A stretch of DNA of 64,000 nucleotides from Blepharisma stoltei ATCC 30299. Taxonomy: Eukaryota > Protista > Ciliophora. The DNA is taken from the NCBI GenBank assembly GCA_965603825.1, contig CBFDEM010000051.1, positions 372,001 through 436,000 of the forward strand, in the 5' to 3' direction. Shown piece by piece: positions 23,666-35,098 of this stretch (its first letter is position 1; each line of letters starts with the position of its first letter). A program made the translations under genes and the position numbers. Below the pieces are notes generated by a model, which was not told the DNA's origin, ran no database searches, and saw only the letters and a list, made by a program, of their open reading frames with translations.

Positions 23666-25960
23666 TTACTCTCTTATAAGTCTGCCTCCCTTAGCTAGCC
23701 TATCACATACAATAGTTATATGCTTTTTCAATTTTTCTGTTGAAGTCGGGAAGCTTAAATTCCCTAATTGTGCATTTGCCTCTTTTTCGTTTTTCGCTAG
23801 AACGCTTTTCAATAATCAAGTCATAGCTACGTTTGTTGCTTCTTGCCACCCAGGCTCTCCATTCATTACAAATGGGTTTAAATGTCTGCTTAATACCTCA
23901 AAACTTTGATTATCTAAATTAAATCTCATCCTCAACAGTAACAAAGCCAAGTTTATGCTTGCACTTAATTTTTGTGAAGCTATCAACAGCTGCTCTTGCA
24001 AGGTTTCTACGTTTTCTGCCCTTGCCATAACTTGGGAATGTGTTACATGTAATAAATAATCCAAATTATTTAGCGGCGCTGGGTTTTTATCTTTAAACCT
24101 CACTAAAAGTCTTTTTTGGATAGCTGCGTATTGTTCGCACAGCTTTCCTAAGTTATCTTCTTCGTCTTTTAATTGTTTTCTCGCCTCAAAGTGTGAGTCA
24201 ACATTTTGGAATAAATCTTGGAATGGAAGCGGCTCTTCAAATGCTAATTTTTCATGCCCGACTCTTAAACAGATTTCTTCTACCATCAGCCAAAGGGTAT
24301 GGAAGTGAGACGATTGAATTCTAAATCTCTCTCCAGTTTTGCCAATGATTGCAGTCACATGCTCTCCATTAAACAGTTGAAAAGTAATGGCATTGGGACT
24401 CAGCAATGCGACATCGAAAAAAATTTCTTTAAGCTGATTCAACGTTTGTCTGGCTTTAAGTGTGATTTTGAAATCAGCGGTTTTTATAGGCTTTATTAGA
24501 GTGCTTACCTGCAGAAGAGGAAGTCGAAAGGATACTGTTGAGACTCTAGGTGATTCGTTGACAAAATAAGTTGCATTTAAATTAACATTTAAATGGGAAC
24601 AAGGTATATGAGGCTTTGTTAAAAACCTTATTGGGATATTCACAGTTCCTCGCAATTCCTCTATGTGTATAGGATTGTCAGGGCATTCTATATTAAAAGG
24701 AACCTCAATTTGGACACAAACATTTTTTGCTACATCCCCATCATACTTAAGCCCAATTTTTACGTTTGTGACTATAGTTCCTTCATCATCACTTGCAAAG
24801 CCTTCAAAGGTATGCATATCTCTTTCAGGTGTTTTGGGAACTTGTGGAATAATTATCAATTTAATTGAAGGCTCTAGTTTATTTGGTGAATCTGAAAGAG
24901 AGTTAATGACATTTCTATATTCCCTATCCATACTTGCATAATCTTGTGTTTTATTGACAGGAACAACACTATAAGGCATAGGAGAAGTCCCTAAGTAGCT
25001 CACATCGAGCTTTCCATGCTCCTCTAACGACAAAATCAAGCCTGGCATTTCTAATTCAATTACCCGGATTGCCACTGGTATTGTTGTCATTTTTGCAGCT
25101 CATAAAAGTTTTGTATTCTTATATACCAATAAATGTCCAGAAAAGCTTCCAATTAATACTGAATCTTCTTCAAAAGCCCACATGCAGCTCGGCACATAAT
25201 CGAGCTTTTTCTGTATTTTTAAGCTTCCATTGATTTTGATTCCAAATAAAGTATGCTCTCCTAGCACATACACATCTACGTTGCCTTGCCTTTTAGTAGC
25301 TCTAATTTCCTGTGCATATTCTCCTAGTATAATTTTCCACTCAGCCTCAAATGTAGCTGACTGGCCTTGCTGATAGCTTGTATATGCATCTCTAAGTCTA
25401 GCATATCTGTAGCATTCTAATTGCATATTGGCATTGCAAAGCAAAAACGAATCGTTTGAAGGACAATACAACAAAGGTCCTGGAGTTAGAAATCCAGGTA
25501 ATTGAACAGCAAAAATATAGTTTTCTTGTTCATAGAATCCTAAAGCCCCATCTGATGACTGGATGCATATAAAATCTCGTCCTTCTCTGTTATAACTTCC
25601 GAATTTTCCATATGTAAAGTTAAATGCATTTCTTTGCAATTTATGCTCATATACTTGTCTTAGAGTTGAGTTTGCTATAACGGATACTTCTAACGATCTT
25701 GGGTGCAAAATTGCAATAGTTTCTTGCTGAGAGTGTGAAAACAACCCTGCTTCTACTTGCAAAATGCTATCTAATCTTGATTCAAACAGCAAATCATCAG
25801 GTGAAAAATCGCCACGATGAGGTTTATACCCCCTAATGATACCTTGTAGTGATCCAACAATGATATTTCCGGACTCCATTCTGCACATTGACCTAACATC
25901 GTATTCTTCCTCAGTCCCACACTGCACACTTCACCATTCTTTGACTCCAAATACAGACAT
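23666..25960 (-). CDS. BBS9: BBSome subunit BBS9/PTHB1 (764 aa)
   Basis: MSVFGVKEW(W)S..G.EEEYD N-terminus; DFICIQSSDG.L.FYEQE, PGFLTPGPL.Y, YLGTSP, RFRIQS, QYAAIQKRLLVRFKDKNPAPL..LD.LL, KKHITIVCDRLAKGG. Confidence 0.95.
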
Positions 25961-25980
25961 TTTGTATTTTAAGTTACTTA

Positions 25981-27615
25981 ATGGAAGAAGAGACATATGA
26001 AATTAATGAAGATTTAGACATAGCAGAAATAGCTGCACACGATGTATTTGAAGCTATATATGAGCAAGGAGGACATATTTTATATGACCATTACATTCAA
26101 AATAGATCAGTTCCATTTGCAGCTCAGCAATCAGTTTGACTTATTGCAAACGCAGTTGAGCTGTTTTATATTCGGTATGATACTGGAGAATTAGAAAATT
26201 GAGAAGAAATGGCAGAACCAACTACTTGTAAAATCGATCCCTGGATGCGAAATATTATACCTGTAAAGAAAAAGTATAAGGAGCCTGAATCTGAAGAGCC
26301 ATCTGGCCAATCAGTTGTATCAGTCAACCAAAGTACAAGAAGTTTCCGCTCTTCAAGGTCAGGTCTGCAAAAGAAAACAAATCCTGCTAAATCTACACTA
26401 GGATTTCAAAATCCAGCAATTTCTGAAGAGCCCAAGCCTGTTCCCATACCAAACTATTATTTGGAAACCCCAGAAGATGAGGCAGAGAATCAAATGAGGG
26501 AAATCAAAGCAAGGCAAATTAAGAGAAAAAAAGAGGAAAATGAAAGGCAAAAAAAACGAAACGAAGAAGAGAAAGCAAAAGAAAGGGAATATCAGCGAGA
26601 GGCAGAAGGACTAAAAAGTAAATTATTTACATACAATTTTTCAGGGAAAATTATGGTTGTTAGTCCTCTGAAATTTAGAAACGTTAACTCATATAGCACC
26701 TCAGTTTTGAGATACTCAGTACCAGAACCAATAATGGAAGAACCAATTAAAGTAGAAAAAAAGAAAAAAAGGACTCTTGAAGATTTTGGGACTTTAAAGC
26801 CATTGAAAACAACTCCTAAAAAGGAGCAAGAGTGAGTTAGAAATGTAGCATCAATTTCTTCACCAATTTTTGAAGCAATTAATTTGAGCATTGGCGTTAC
26901 GATTTTTGATGGGGATCGCAGTAAGCATGGTATCTCTAATTCAAATGCAAAATTAAAGACAATGAGTAGGAAAGAGTATTTTGGGGTAACAGCTAGAGCA
27001 AATGATACTGCCAATTCAAGTGATTTGCAAGTTGCTAAGTCTGAAAGTTCGCATTCTATGGCAACAAATAGGCAGAATTCAACCATGAAATTACCTTCTA
27101 TAAGATCCCATAAAGATTTATTTGAAGACATTCCTGATAGTGCACTTCCAGCTGAAATTAAAGAAGAGCCTAAAGTTTCTGATAGCGAAACACCTCAAAT
27201 TATTCATACAAAGTCTCCAAAAATCAATAAAATACGAAAATATGATAAGGCTGAAAATATCCAAGGAATGAGTCCAATTGATAAATTCAACATGGAAATA
27301 TTAAAGAATAAAAATTGGGGGCTAAATCCTCCATTTAAAGGAGTCAAAGTTCCGTCGAAACTACCTAAACGAAATAAATCACCTATAAAGCCTTGGGAGT
27401 CATTTGGAAATAAACCAAAGCAAAGAAGGGGCAACTTATTTGCATCTGCAGAAGAATTATGGGAATTGAAGAAAAATTCAATAAAGCGCCCAAGAGACCG
27501 AAGATTCGTAGAATGGCTTGGCCACACCCCCAAAATTCCACTAGCCTCCTATGGGCAATCAATAGTTGATTATTCAACGCTTGCATCTACCGAAAATCTA
27601 GGAAAAAATTATTAA
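25981..27615 (+). CDS. C2orf81/DUF4639-like N-terminal domain protein with low-complexity charged C-terminus
   Basis: ATG 25981, one frame through three TGA. LYDHYIQNRSVPFA...RYDTGE...(W)EEMAEPTTCKIDPWMRNIIPV resembles the IPF...RDEGE...W..DEEP....DSWA...VPV motif of C2orf81. Confidence 0.65.
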
Positions 27616-29249
27616 TTCTCAATTACTTTAGTATCTCCAGAAACTTCTTTAAATGTTTCCATTTTATTTTCGATCAGCTGCTGATTTTCCTTCATGGTTG
27701 CTCTTCGAATAGTCATTCGTTTCATAGACAATCTCTTGGTTTGTCTTCTTTCTGTTACTCTTGCTTCATCCTCATCAGTTAATATAACAAATGAGTTTTC
27801 TTCAGAAAAACATGTCATAATTTCTTTAAATTCTTCATAGTTCATGTCTTTTCCTGCTTTCAGCTCAAATTCATTTACAATTTCTTCAAAATCTGCTTCT
27901 GAAATGAAGCAGCCAGCTTTTTCTAAAGCAAACTTTAGATTATCAAGGCTTATAGTTCCAGAATGAGTTATATCGAAATGATTAAAAACTGCCCACATAG
28001 CTTCATCGTCAAGAACCCTTTTTCTAGCTAGAGCTGCTATGAGAAACTGAGTATAATTTAATTTCCCATGTCCAATATATTCAATGTTTCTCATTAAAGC
28101 TTCTATTTCTTCACCCAAAATTTCATAGCCATTTCTTCTCATCGCATCTACAATATCTTGAGCGGTTACAAATCCAGTATTTGACTGGTCTATTTCTTTG
28201 AACATCGCTCCGAGCTCTTCGTATTTTTCTTCAGAGATATTCCTTACAAAGACTTTCATAGCTTCTTGCCATAGTTTGCCTGGAGCCTTGAATTTTTTTA
28301 ACGCACTAAAGATTTCTAGGTTGATTGGAGGATGCTCAGCTGGGTCATCAAGCGTTTTAAACCAAGGATGGCCTAAGGCTCGGTTTATTGAAATCCTTTT
28401 GGCTGGATTCGGCACGAGGGTTTGCTGAATCAGATGTTTAGCTTCTTTTGAAATGTGACTCCAAGGCTTTTCTGGGAACGAAAATTTACCTTTTACGATT
28501 CTAAGAAATAAATCTTTTAAATCCACTCCTTTAAATGGGTGCTTTCCCGATAGCATAAAATACATTAAAACTCCTGATGATCATATATCACACTCTTTTC
28601 CATACCTACCTTTAAGGACTTCTGGAGCTACAAAGTATGGAGTACCAACCATGGATTTCATTTTATCATCTCCGAATTTGACAGACATTCCGAAATCAGT
28701 CAATTTTACTTCAGGCTCACCAGTACTGCTAGCTAATAAAAAGTTTTCAGGCTTAATATCTCTGTGGCATATCTTCAGGCTATGCAAATGATTTACTGCA
28801 GAAAAAATCTGCTTCATTAATGCTGAAACTTCTTTTTCAGTTAAAACCTCTTTTTGAATGAGATAATCGCATAAATCACCTCCAGAGCAGTACTCCATGA
28901 CGAGGTGAATGTATTTTGTGTCTTCATAAATTTCGTAAAGTTTTACAATATTAGGGTGATCAGCCAATTTTAAAATTTCCAACTCCCTTTTCATAGATTC
29001 GAGGTTTTTCTTGACGTGATCTTTACAAATCGATTTAATAGCATATAATCTTTTTTTTTGAGACATCGTATCGCTTTTCTTAGTTGCAAGCCTTACTGTT
29101 CCAAATTGCCCGTAGCCTAAAACCTTGATAAAATCGTATTTATCTCTGATTGACTCTAGGCGAGAACTGCTTGAAACTTCGGCTACCCGTAAAATTGGCG
29201 CTTTAACGGGTCTTTTCATCTTAGTTTCCTTACTTGTACAAATTCCCAT
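27612..29249 (-). CDS. calcium-dependent protein kinase (CDPK)-like kinase with degenerate EF-hands
   Basis: MGICTSK acylation site; GYGQFGTV, AIK, HPNIVKL, HRDIKPEN, DFG, GTPYFVAPE, CDI(W)SSGV; junction LKKF followed by four EF-hand-like units. Confidence 0.93.
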
Positions 29250-29331
29250 AATTTTTACTATACATGACAGTAACTAATAGACTTTTTTTTGTTACAAAAG
29301 AAAAAGATTATATAGGTGAAAACTTGAAAAC

Positions 29332-30054
29332 TTAGCTAGATTCTACAACATGATTATTAATATCAGTTCCTCGGTCGAAATCATGCATTGAATCAAGAGC
29401 TTCTATTGTCTCATCAGAAAGTGAAAATTCGTCTGGTTCACGGTATCCAAAACCACTTAACTGGTCAAAATTCATATCAGATGCAGAGAGCTCTCTCTTT
29501 TCATCCCCATCATCTGTTGCAGCAGTCAAATTAATTGTGGCTGCTTCTATATACAGATTCTTTCTTCCGCCTTTTATAATTATTTCCTTAGTATTTTTCA
29601 AAATTGTTTTAGGTGGTTTTAAGCTATTTCTTTGAGATTCAATTCTTTTAAGTTCTGCCTCTTCTTTTAATTTTTTCATTTTCGCTCTTTCTTCTTCGAG
29701 TTTTTTCTTTTGTGCATCTAGTCGCTTTTTTGCTTCTTCTTGTTTTCTGATTGCTTCGAGCTTGCGCTCTTCTTGTAGGCGCTTTGCTAAAGGTAGTGCT
29801 TCAGTATTATTTGAGTTTATTTTATTATGCTCTGGCTCATGAGCTATTAAAATTTGCGTGGGTTTAATTGATAATTCGGGTAAAGAAATTTTTGGGATTG
29901 GTATCTGCAAAAGTTCTGCTAATGAGTTTACTTGTGTGACTAGTTTCTCTAGCACTTCTTGCTGGCTAACCACTTCTTTCTCAACATGAGATATTTTTTG
30001 ATTTATATTTTCAGCTATAACAGTCTTTATCATATTCAAAGAGTGGGATTCCAT
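29332..30054 (-). CDS. hypothetical coiled-coil protein, 240 aa
   Basis: Intact ATG-TAA ORF with an E/K/R-rich helical centre. Confidence 0.7.
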   Translation of the reverse strand: MESHSLNMIKTVIAENINQKISHVEKEVVSQQEVLEKLVTQVNSLAELLQIPIPKISLPELSIKPTQILIAHEPEHNKINSNNTEALPLAKRLQEERKLEAIRKQEEAKKRLDAQKKKLEEERAKMKKLKEEAELKRIESQRNSLKPPKTILKNTKEIIIKGGRKNLYIEAATINLTAATDDGDEKRELSASDMNFDQLSGFGYREPDEFSLSDETIEALDSMHDFDRGTDINNHVVESS

Positions 30055-30281
30055 AATATTGTTTTAATATCTTGAGGTTTTTATAAAATAAGATTATATT
30101 AGTGATTTTTACTAAAAAGTCGAAAAAATTAATAGTTTTTTGGTATTACTGTAATAGGATTTAATTTTTTTTACCCTCAATTATACTCATAATTAATTTA
30201 TGAATAATTTTATCATTTTCATATAATTGGTAAACCTCTTTTGCCTCTATCTGCCCATTTTGCATTATTAAGCTTGGATAA

Positions 30282-31967
30282 ATGATCAAGTCTCTATTCA
30301 GTTTAAAATGCAGATTTTTCTCTTTTAAGCATGTCAAAATCGAGTTTGATGACAAAGCAAGATATATGCTATGAAGAGGAATTGAAGACGTAAATAAAAC
30401 AGTCTCAATTACATTAGGACCAAAGGTAAAAATTATTCAGGGAAAAAATGCAGCAATTGAGTACGAACTTGGTCCTCCAAAGATAACAAAAGATGGGGTC
30501 ACTGTGGTAAAGCATATTGAGTTTCCAGATAACCAAAGAGACCTTGGATGCAGACTCATCAAATTCCCAGCTCATGAATCAAATAATCATGCAGGAGACG
30601 GCACAACTACAACAACAATTATCGCTTCACATTTAATTGAAAAAGGTTTAAAATATCTCAAAAGAGGAGTTCACCCAATAGCTTTGAAGGAAAGCCTTGT
30701 ATACGCTTCTAATTTGGTAGAAAATTATTTAAAATCCAAATGCATCCCTGTTACATCTGAAAGTGAGCTTTTGGCGATAGCAAAAGTATCTTGCAATCAT
30801 GATGAATATAATGCAAACTTAGTAACGCAAGCTGTCCTATCTACTGGGAAAAATGGAACTATTATGATAGAAGAAGGAGCTGACTTTGATAATGCTTTAA
30901 TTGTAAGGAATATGTAGCTAGCTGATGGGTTTACTATGATGAGAGGCGCAGCAAATGAATTTTTCATGCAAAATCAAGGACATCCTGAGTAATTTTTATG
31001 CAGCATTCGCTTGGAAAACCCTTTAATTTTGACTTGTGCTTTTAAAATTCATAAGCTTGATCAAATTATCAACATATTGGAGTATGCTAAAAAAACTGGC
31101 CGAAGTCTTGTTATTGCTGCTGAAGATATTGATAAAGAAGCCTTATCAACTATCTTGCTAAATCATCAAAAAGGTGAGCTGCAAATTTGTGCCATAAACT
31201 TTCCATATGAGCATAACATCGAAATTTTGTATGATTTTTCCTCTATAGTAGGCAGTAAAGTTCATAGTGAGTTGACCTTTAAAACTTATAGCCCTGATGA
31301 CTTAGGCTCAGCTCGAAGGGTCAACATAGAAAGAGACCAAACTTTAGTATTTGGAGGAAAAGGAGACCCAAAAGAAAGAATTGAGACTATTGAAAACGAC
31401 TTGAGAAATACCCAGGATCATGACCAAAGAAGTGTCTATAAAATTAGACTCCAAAGGCTATACGGGAAAATGGCTGTGATTGAAATCGGCATTGGAGGAG
31501 GGCAAATGGAAATCCAAGAAAGGCGTGATAGGGTTGTGGACTCTCTTAATTCAGTGAAAACTGCTCTAAGCGAAGGTTTTTTGCCTGGAGGTGGCTCAGC
31601 CTTATTATATGCAGCAAGAATGCTATCCAAAATAAGAACAAACACAGAAAAAGATATAGGAGTTAGGATATTACAAGAATCATTAATGCTTCCATGCGAG
31701 CAAATTGTTATTAACACAGATTATGGGCTGGCTGCAATTGATGAGATGTGAAACTCTGAAGATGAGGAGATTGGTCTTAACGCAAACACAGGAAAATTAG
31801 TAAATTTAATTGATGAAGGAATAATTGATAGCGCTCATGTAGTAATTCAAGCCTTAAGAGGAGCATGCTCACTAGCTCAACTTGTGCTTTCTACAAGTGC
31901 AGTCATTGTGAGGGAAAAGAAATATGTTCCGACCCTCTTATCTGAATATAGAAAAGAATTATTTTAA
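30282..31967 (+). CDS. divergent group I chaperonin (Hsp60/Cpn60-like), probably mitochondrial; 3 introns
   Basis: ATG 30282 with a basic/hydroxylated leader. TLGPK^GKN, PKITKDGVTV, AGDGTTT, L.IAAEDIDKEAL, RLQRL.G.MAVI, ERRDRVVD, EGFLPGGGSAL, GIID; two TGA; ends TAA 31967. Confidence 0.9.
30426..30440 (+). other. 15-nt stop-free intron GTAAAAATTATTCAG
   Basis: Splits the invariant chaperonin motif TLGPK/GKN; A10. Confidence 0.92.
30903..30917 (+). other. 15-nt intron GTAAGGAATATGTAG
   Basis: GT..AG, A10, in-frame TAG removed. Confidence 0.88.
30989..31003 (+). other. 15-nt intron GTAATTTTTATGCAG
   Basis: GT..AG, A10, phase 2, in-frame TAA removed. Confidence 0.88.
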
Positions 31968-32212
31968 AATCTTTTAATGTTTTCTAATTTTTATATTTAA
32001 TATTTAAATTTGAATTATGATAATGACTAAAACCTTGCATAGCAACTTAGACTTCTGCTAATAACATTAAATAAATTAAATAGTTTTAAACTTTTCAAAT
32101 TAAATTTCTAATATATAAATTCAGTTAAATTATATTACAAAGTCAATTTGCATTTGGAAGGTTATTTCCCATTTAAATATTGCAAAACATCATTATTTCT
32201 TGAATATTTAAT

Positions 32213-33313
32213 ATGACATTTTTCAAAAAGAGCTACGAAGGACTATGAAAGTCTATAATAAGACCCAAAAGGGAAATCTATGATTTAGGCGATCTTGGCC
32301 CAGCAGAGTTTACAATAGAGAATCGAAGATACCAAAGAAACGATATAATTCTTTATAATCAAAGAAATATGAAACTTGTCTGCTCGCTCTTTGAGCCTAT
32401 CCCAGAGCAGAGAATAGAAAAAAGGCTACCATGCGTTATATTTCTCCATGGGAATTGCAGTTCAAGATTAGAGGGAATAAATACTTTACACACGCTTTTA
32501 CCTTTAAACATAACAGTATTTTGTTTTGACATGTCTGGATCTGGGCTTAGTGACGGGGAGTATGTTACGTTGGGATGATATGAGAGAGATGACGTAGCTT
32601 GTGTAATTGATTATTTAAGAAGTACAGAAAAAGTTTCATATATTGGACTCTGGGGACGAAGCATGGGAGCTGTGACAGCACTGATGCATGGACATCGAGA
32701 CCCATCAATAGCAGCGATGGTTATTGACAGCCCCTTTTCTTCTATGAGTGTATTGTTAAAAGAAATTGCAAAGGATTATACAAGAGTTCCTGGGTTTTTG
32801 GTTTCCTTAGCAAAAGGGTGTGTTAAAAAGACAATCAGAAAAAAGGCTAATTTCAACTTATTTGAATTAGAGCCAATTAAGCATGTAGACAAGTGCTTCA
32901 TTCCTGCTCTCTTCGTAGCAGCTAATCAAGATGAATTAATAAAGCCGCATCATTCTGAAAGATTGCATGATAAGTATGCAGGAGAAAAAAGCTTGATTAT
33001 TGTGGATGGAGATCATAATTCTGATAGGCCGCAATACGCATTGGATTCCATTGGAATTTTTTTTTATAACACTTTACAGTGTGAAAATTCTTGGATGATT
33101 TCCCATGAGGAAGAACGAAAAATGTCTGATAATTTACTAATCCCAATGCAAGAAGATTTTCAATCCACAAGCGTAAGTGAACTGCGGCTTCTTGAATCCC
33201 AATCATTTTCTTTATATTATCCTAAATTAACAGAAGAAGAACAGAAAAAATTTGATGAAGAAAATCAAAGATTAATGCAGAATTTAGGGTATTTAAATAC
33301 AAATAGTGTCTAA
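32213..33313 (+). CDS. alpha/beta-hydrolase (ABHD/YqkD-like serine hydrolase)
   Basis: ATG 32213. IIRPKR..Y...DLGP, PCVIFLHGNCSSR.EG, FDMSGSGLSDGEYVTLG(W)YE, nucleophile GLWGRSMGA, DSPFS, GDHNS.R. Confidence 0.9.
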
Positions 33314-33329
33314 TTTAATTTTTGTATGC

Positions 33330-33935
33330 TTAACCTGAAATATCTAGTGACTCCTCTAAGTTTGTATCACGCTTTTCGTTGCACGATCTCAAAACAAAAA
33401 TTTTATTTCCGTCCTCACTCAATACAAGGCAAAAACCGTTTCCTCTTAGAGATTTATTTTGACTAGAAATAATTTCCGCACATCATGTTTTGATAGACTT
33501 CAGAATAAGCTTTTCATCTACAACTCTTTTTTTATCTGTATGGGAGAACTTCCCATCAAACAATAAGATAACAAGATGAATCAAGAGGCATACTGAAATC
33601 AAAAGAATTCCAATTTCAGTCAGGACTTTGTCATCCAGATAATAAGCGTCTAAAATAACAAAAATAAAAAAAACTAAGATCAATAAAGCACTTACACCAA
33701 GCAGCTTCATAGTAGCACTTTCACTTGAGTGCTCGGAAGAAGCTCCAGCCAAGATAATGTTGCTATTCGGTGTCGATATTCTTTTATTTATTTTATCAAT
33801 AATAGAGTCACAAAGTCGATTAATTTCATCAAATTCATAATTTATACTCAGCGGTTTAAAAGTCATAGAATCAAAATTGAAAATATACCTGAGAACCTCA
33901 TCCCCATGGCCAGCTATTTCATCATATTTTAGCAT
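33330..33935 (-). CDS. hypothetical two-TM membrane protein, 201 aa
   Basis: The track ORF extends through TGA 33483-33485 to TAA 33330; two hydrophobic helices. Confidence 0.7.
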
Positions 33936-33946
33936 TTATTACAAAA

Positions 33947-34930
33947 TTAAGAAATTTCACTAATAACTTTATTGCCTGAAACAATGTAGCCTCCACTTGA
34001 ACCCTGCCTAGAATTCATATTTGGATGTGTCCTCTCTGGCAACACCTGAAATTCTCTTGTCCATATTTCTTCCAAGCAAACATTGACTGCTAAGGTTTCT
34101 TTAATGAGCCATTCGTAAACTATTGCAACCTGCATTAAGTCTTGACTGTATGTAGAAATAGTACCTGAAGGCCTTAGCAAAGGCAAATATTTTTCGAGTA
34201 TTTCTTTTAAAGGCTCTTGGCTTGCCACTATTAAAGAGTCATAAGTGCCAGCAGGGTTTTCAGGCAATACATGTGAAATTCTTTCAGAATTTACTTTAAT
34301 CCCAAAGTATTTCAGATTATGGTCTCTATAATGTGCATGCCTAACCACACTTACAGTTCCAGTTGTTTTTTCTAAAACTGAACCGAGCAAAATCCCACCA
34401 ATATCGTCATAAACTAAAACAGCGCAATCAGAATGAATGTTTCCTAATGCCAATAAATTGTGCAAAGCGTCTGAGCGAATTGATTTGGAAGGCTTTTGAG
34501 AGTATTGTGTGTCTGCAATATTTCCTGGAGTCGCTCTAAGAATTTTAAAGAGCGCTAAATGCTTGTTTTTCTTTTTTCGTAAGTATTTTTCTTGAGAAAA
34601 TTGTGTTTTCATGTTGAAAGTTTTACTATTCTGAACAAGGGTATTAATGAGAGCTTCGCCTCCTTCAGAATTACGAATTTCGATGATTTCTTCAGAAGTC
34701 AAAGTTTGCGCTGTATTATCGTCGATAAATCCTCGGTTATCCCCAGTTACAGGTCCGTCATAAGTGTCTTCTCCACTTGCAAGCTCTGGCTCACCATTCT
34801 TGACTTGATAAACTCGATTGTACAAGAGTTCAGGACTTAACTTCACAAACTGCTTTCCAACTTTTACTTTCCCTCTAAGCTGAACAAGAGATCGAGGACC
34901 TGACATGACCTGAAGAACAACCCAGCTCAT
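33947..34930 (-). CDS. TRM6: tRNA m1A58 methyltransferase non-catalytic subunit (Gcd10/TRM6)
   Basis: DNR...DDNTAQTLT.EEI, NSKTF..KTQFSQEKYL.KK..KH, REFQVLPERTHPNM, GGYI.SG. Confidence 0.92.
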   Translation of the reverse strand: MSWVVLQVMSGPRSLVQLRGKVKVGKQFVKLSPELLYNRVYQVKNGEPELASGEDTYDGPVTGDNRGFIDDNTAQTLTSEEIIEIRNSEGGEALINTLVQNSKTFNMKTQFSQEKYLRKKKNKHLALFKILRATPGNIADTQYSQKPSKSIRSDALHNLLALGNIHSDCAVLVYDDIGGILLGSVLEKTTGTVSVVRHAHYRDHNLKYFGIKVNSERISHVLPENPAGTYDSLIVASQEPLKEILEKYLPLLRPSGTISTYSQDLMQVAIVYEWLIKETLAVNVCLEEIWTREFQVLPERTHPNMNSRQGSSGGYIVSGNKVISEIS

Positions 34931-35098
34931 AATTAAAGAATATAATTAATTATTAAAGCAGAGAAGATATTGATGTTTAAATGACAATTTGGGGATAAAC
35001 ATTTCAGATCAATACTGAGATATTTATTAATAAATTACACAATATATGGTTTTATGTTAATAAAACATCATATTATATCCTTAAATTACCTTTAAAAT

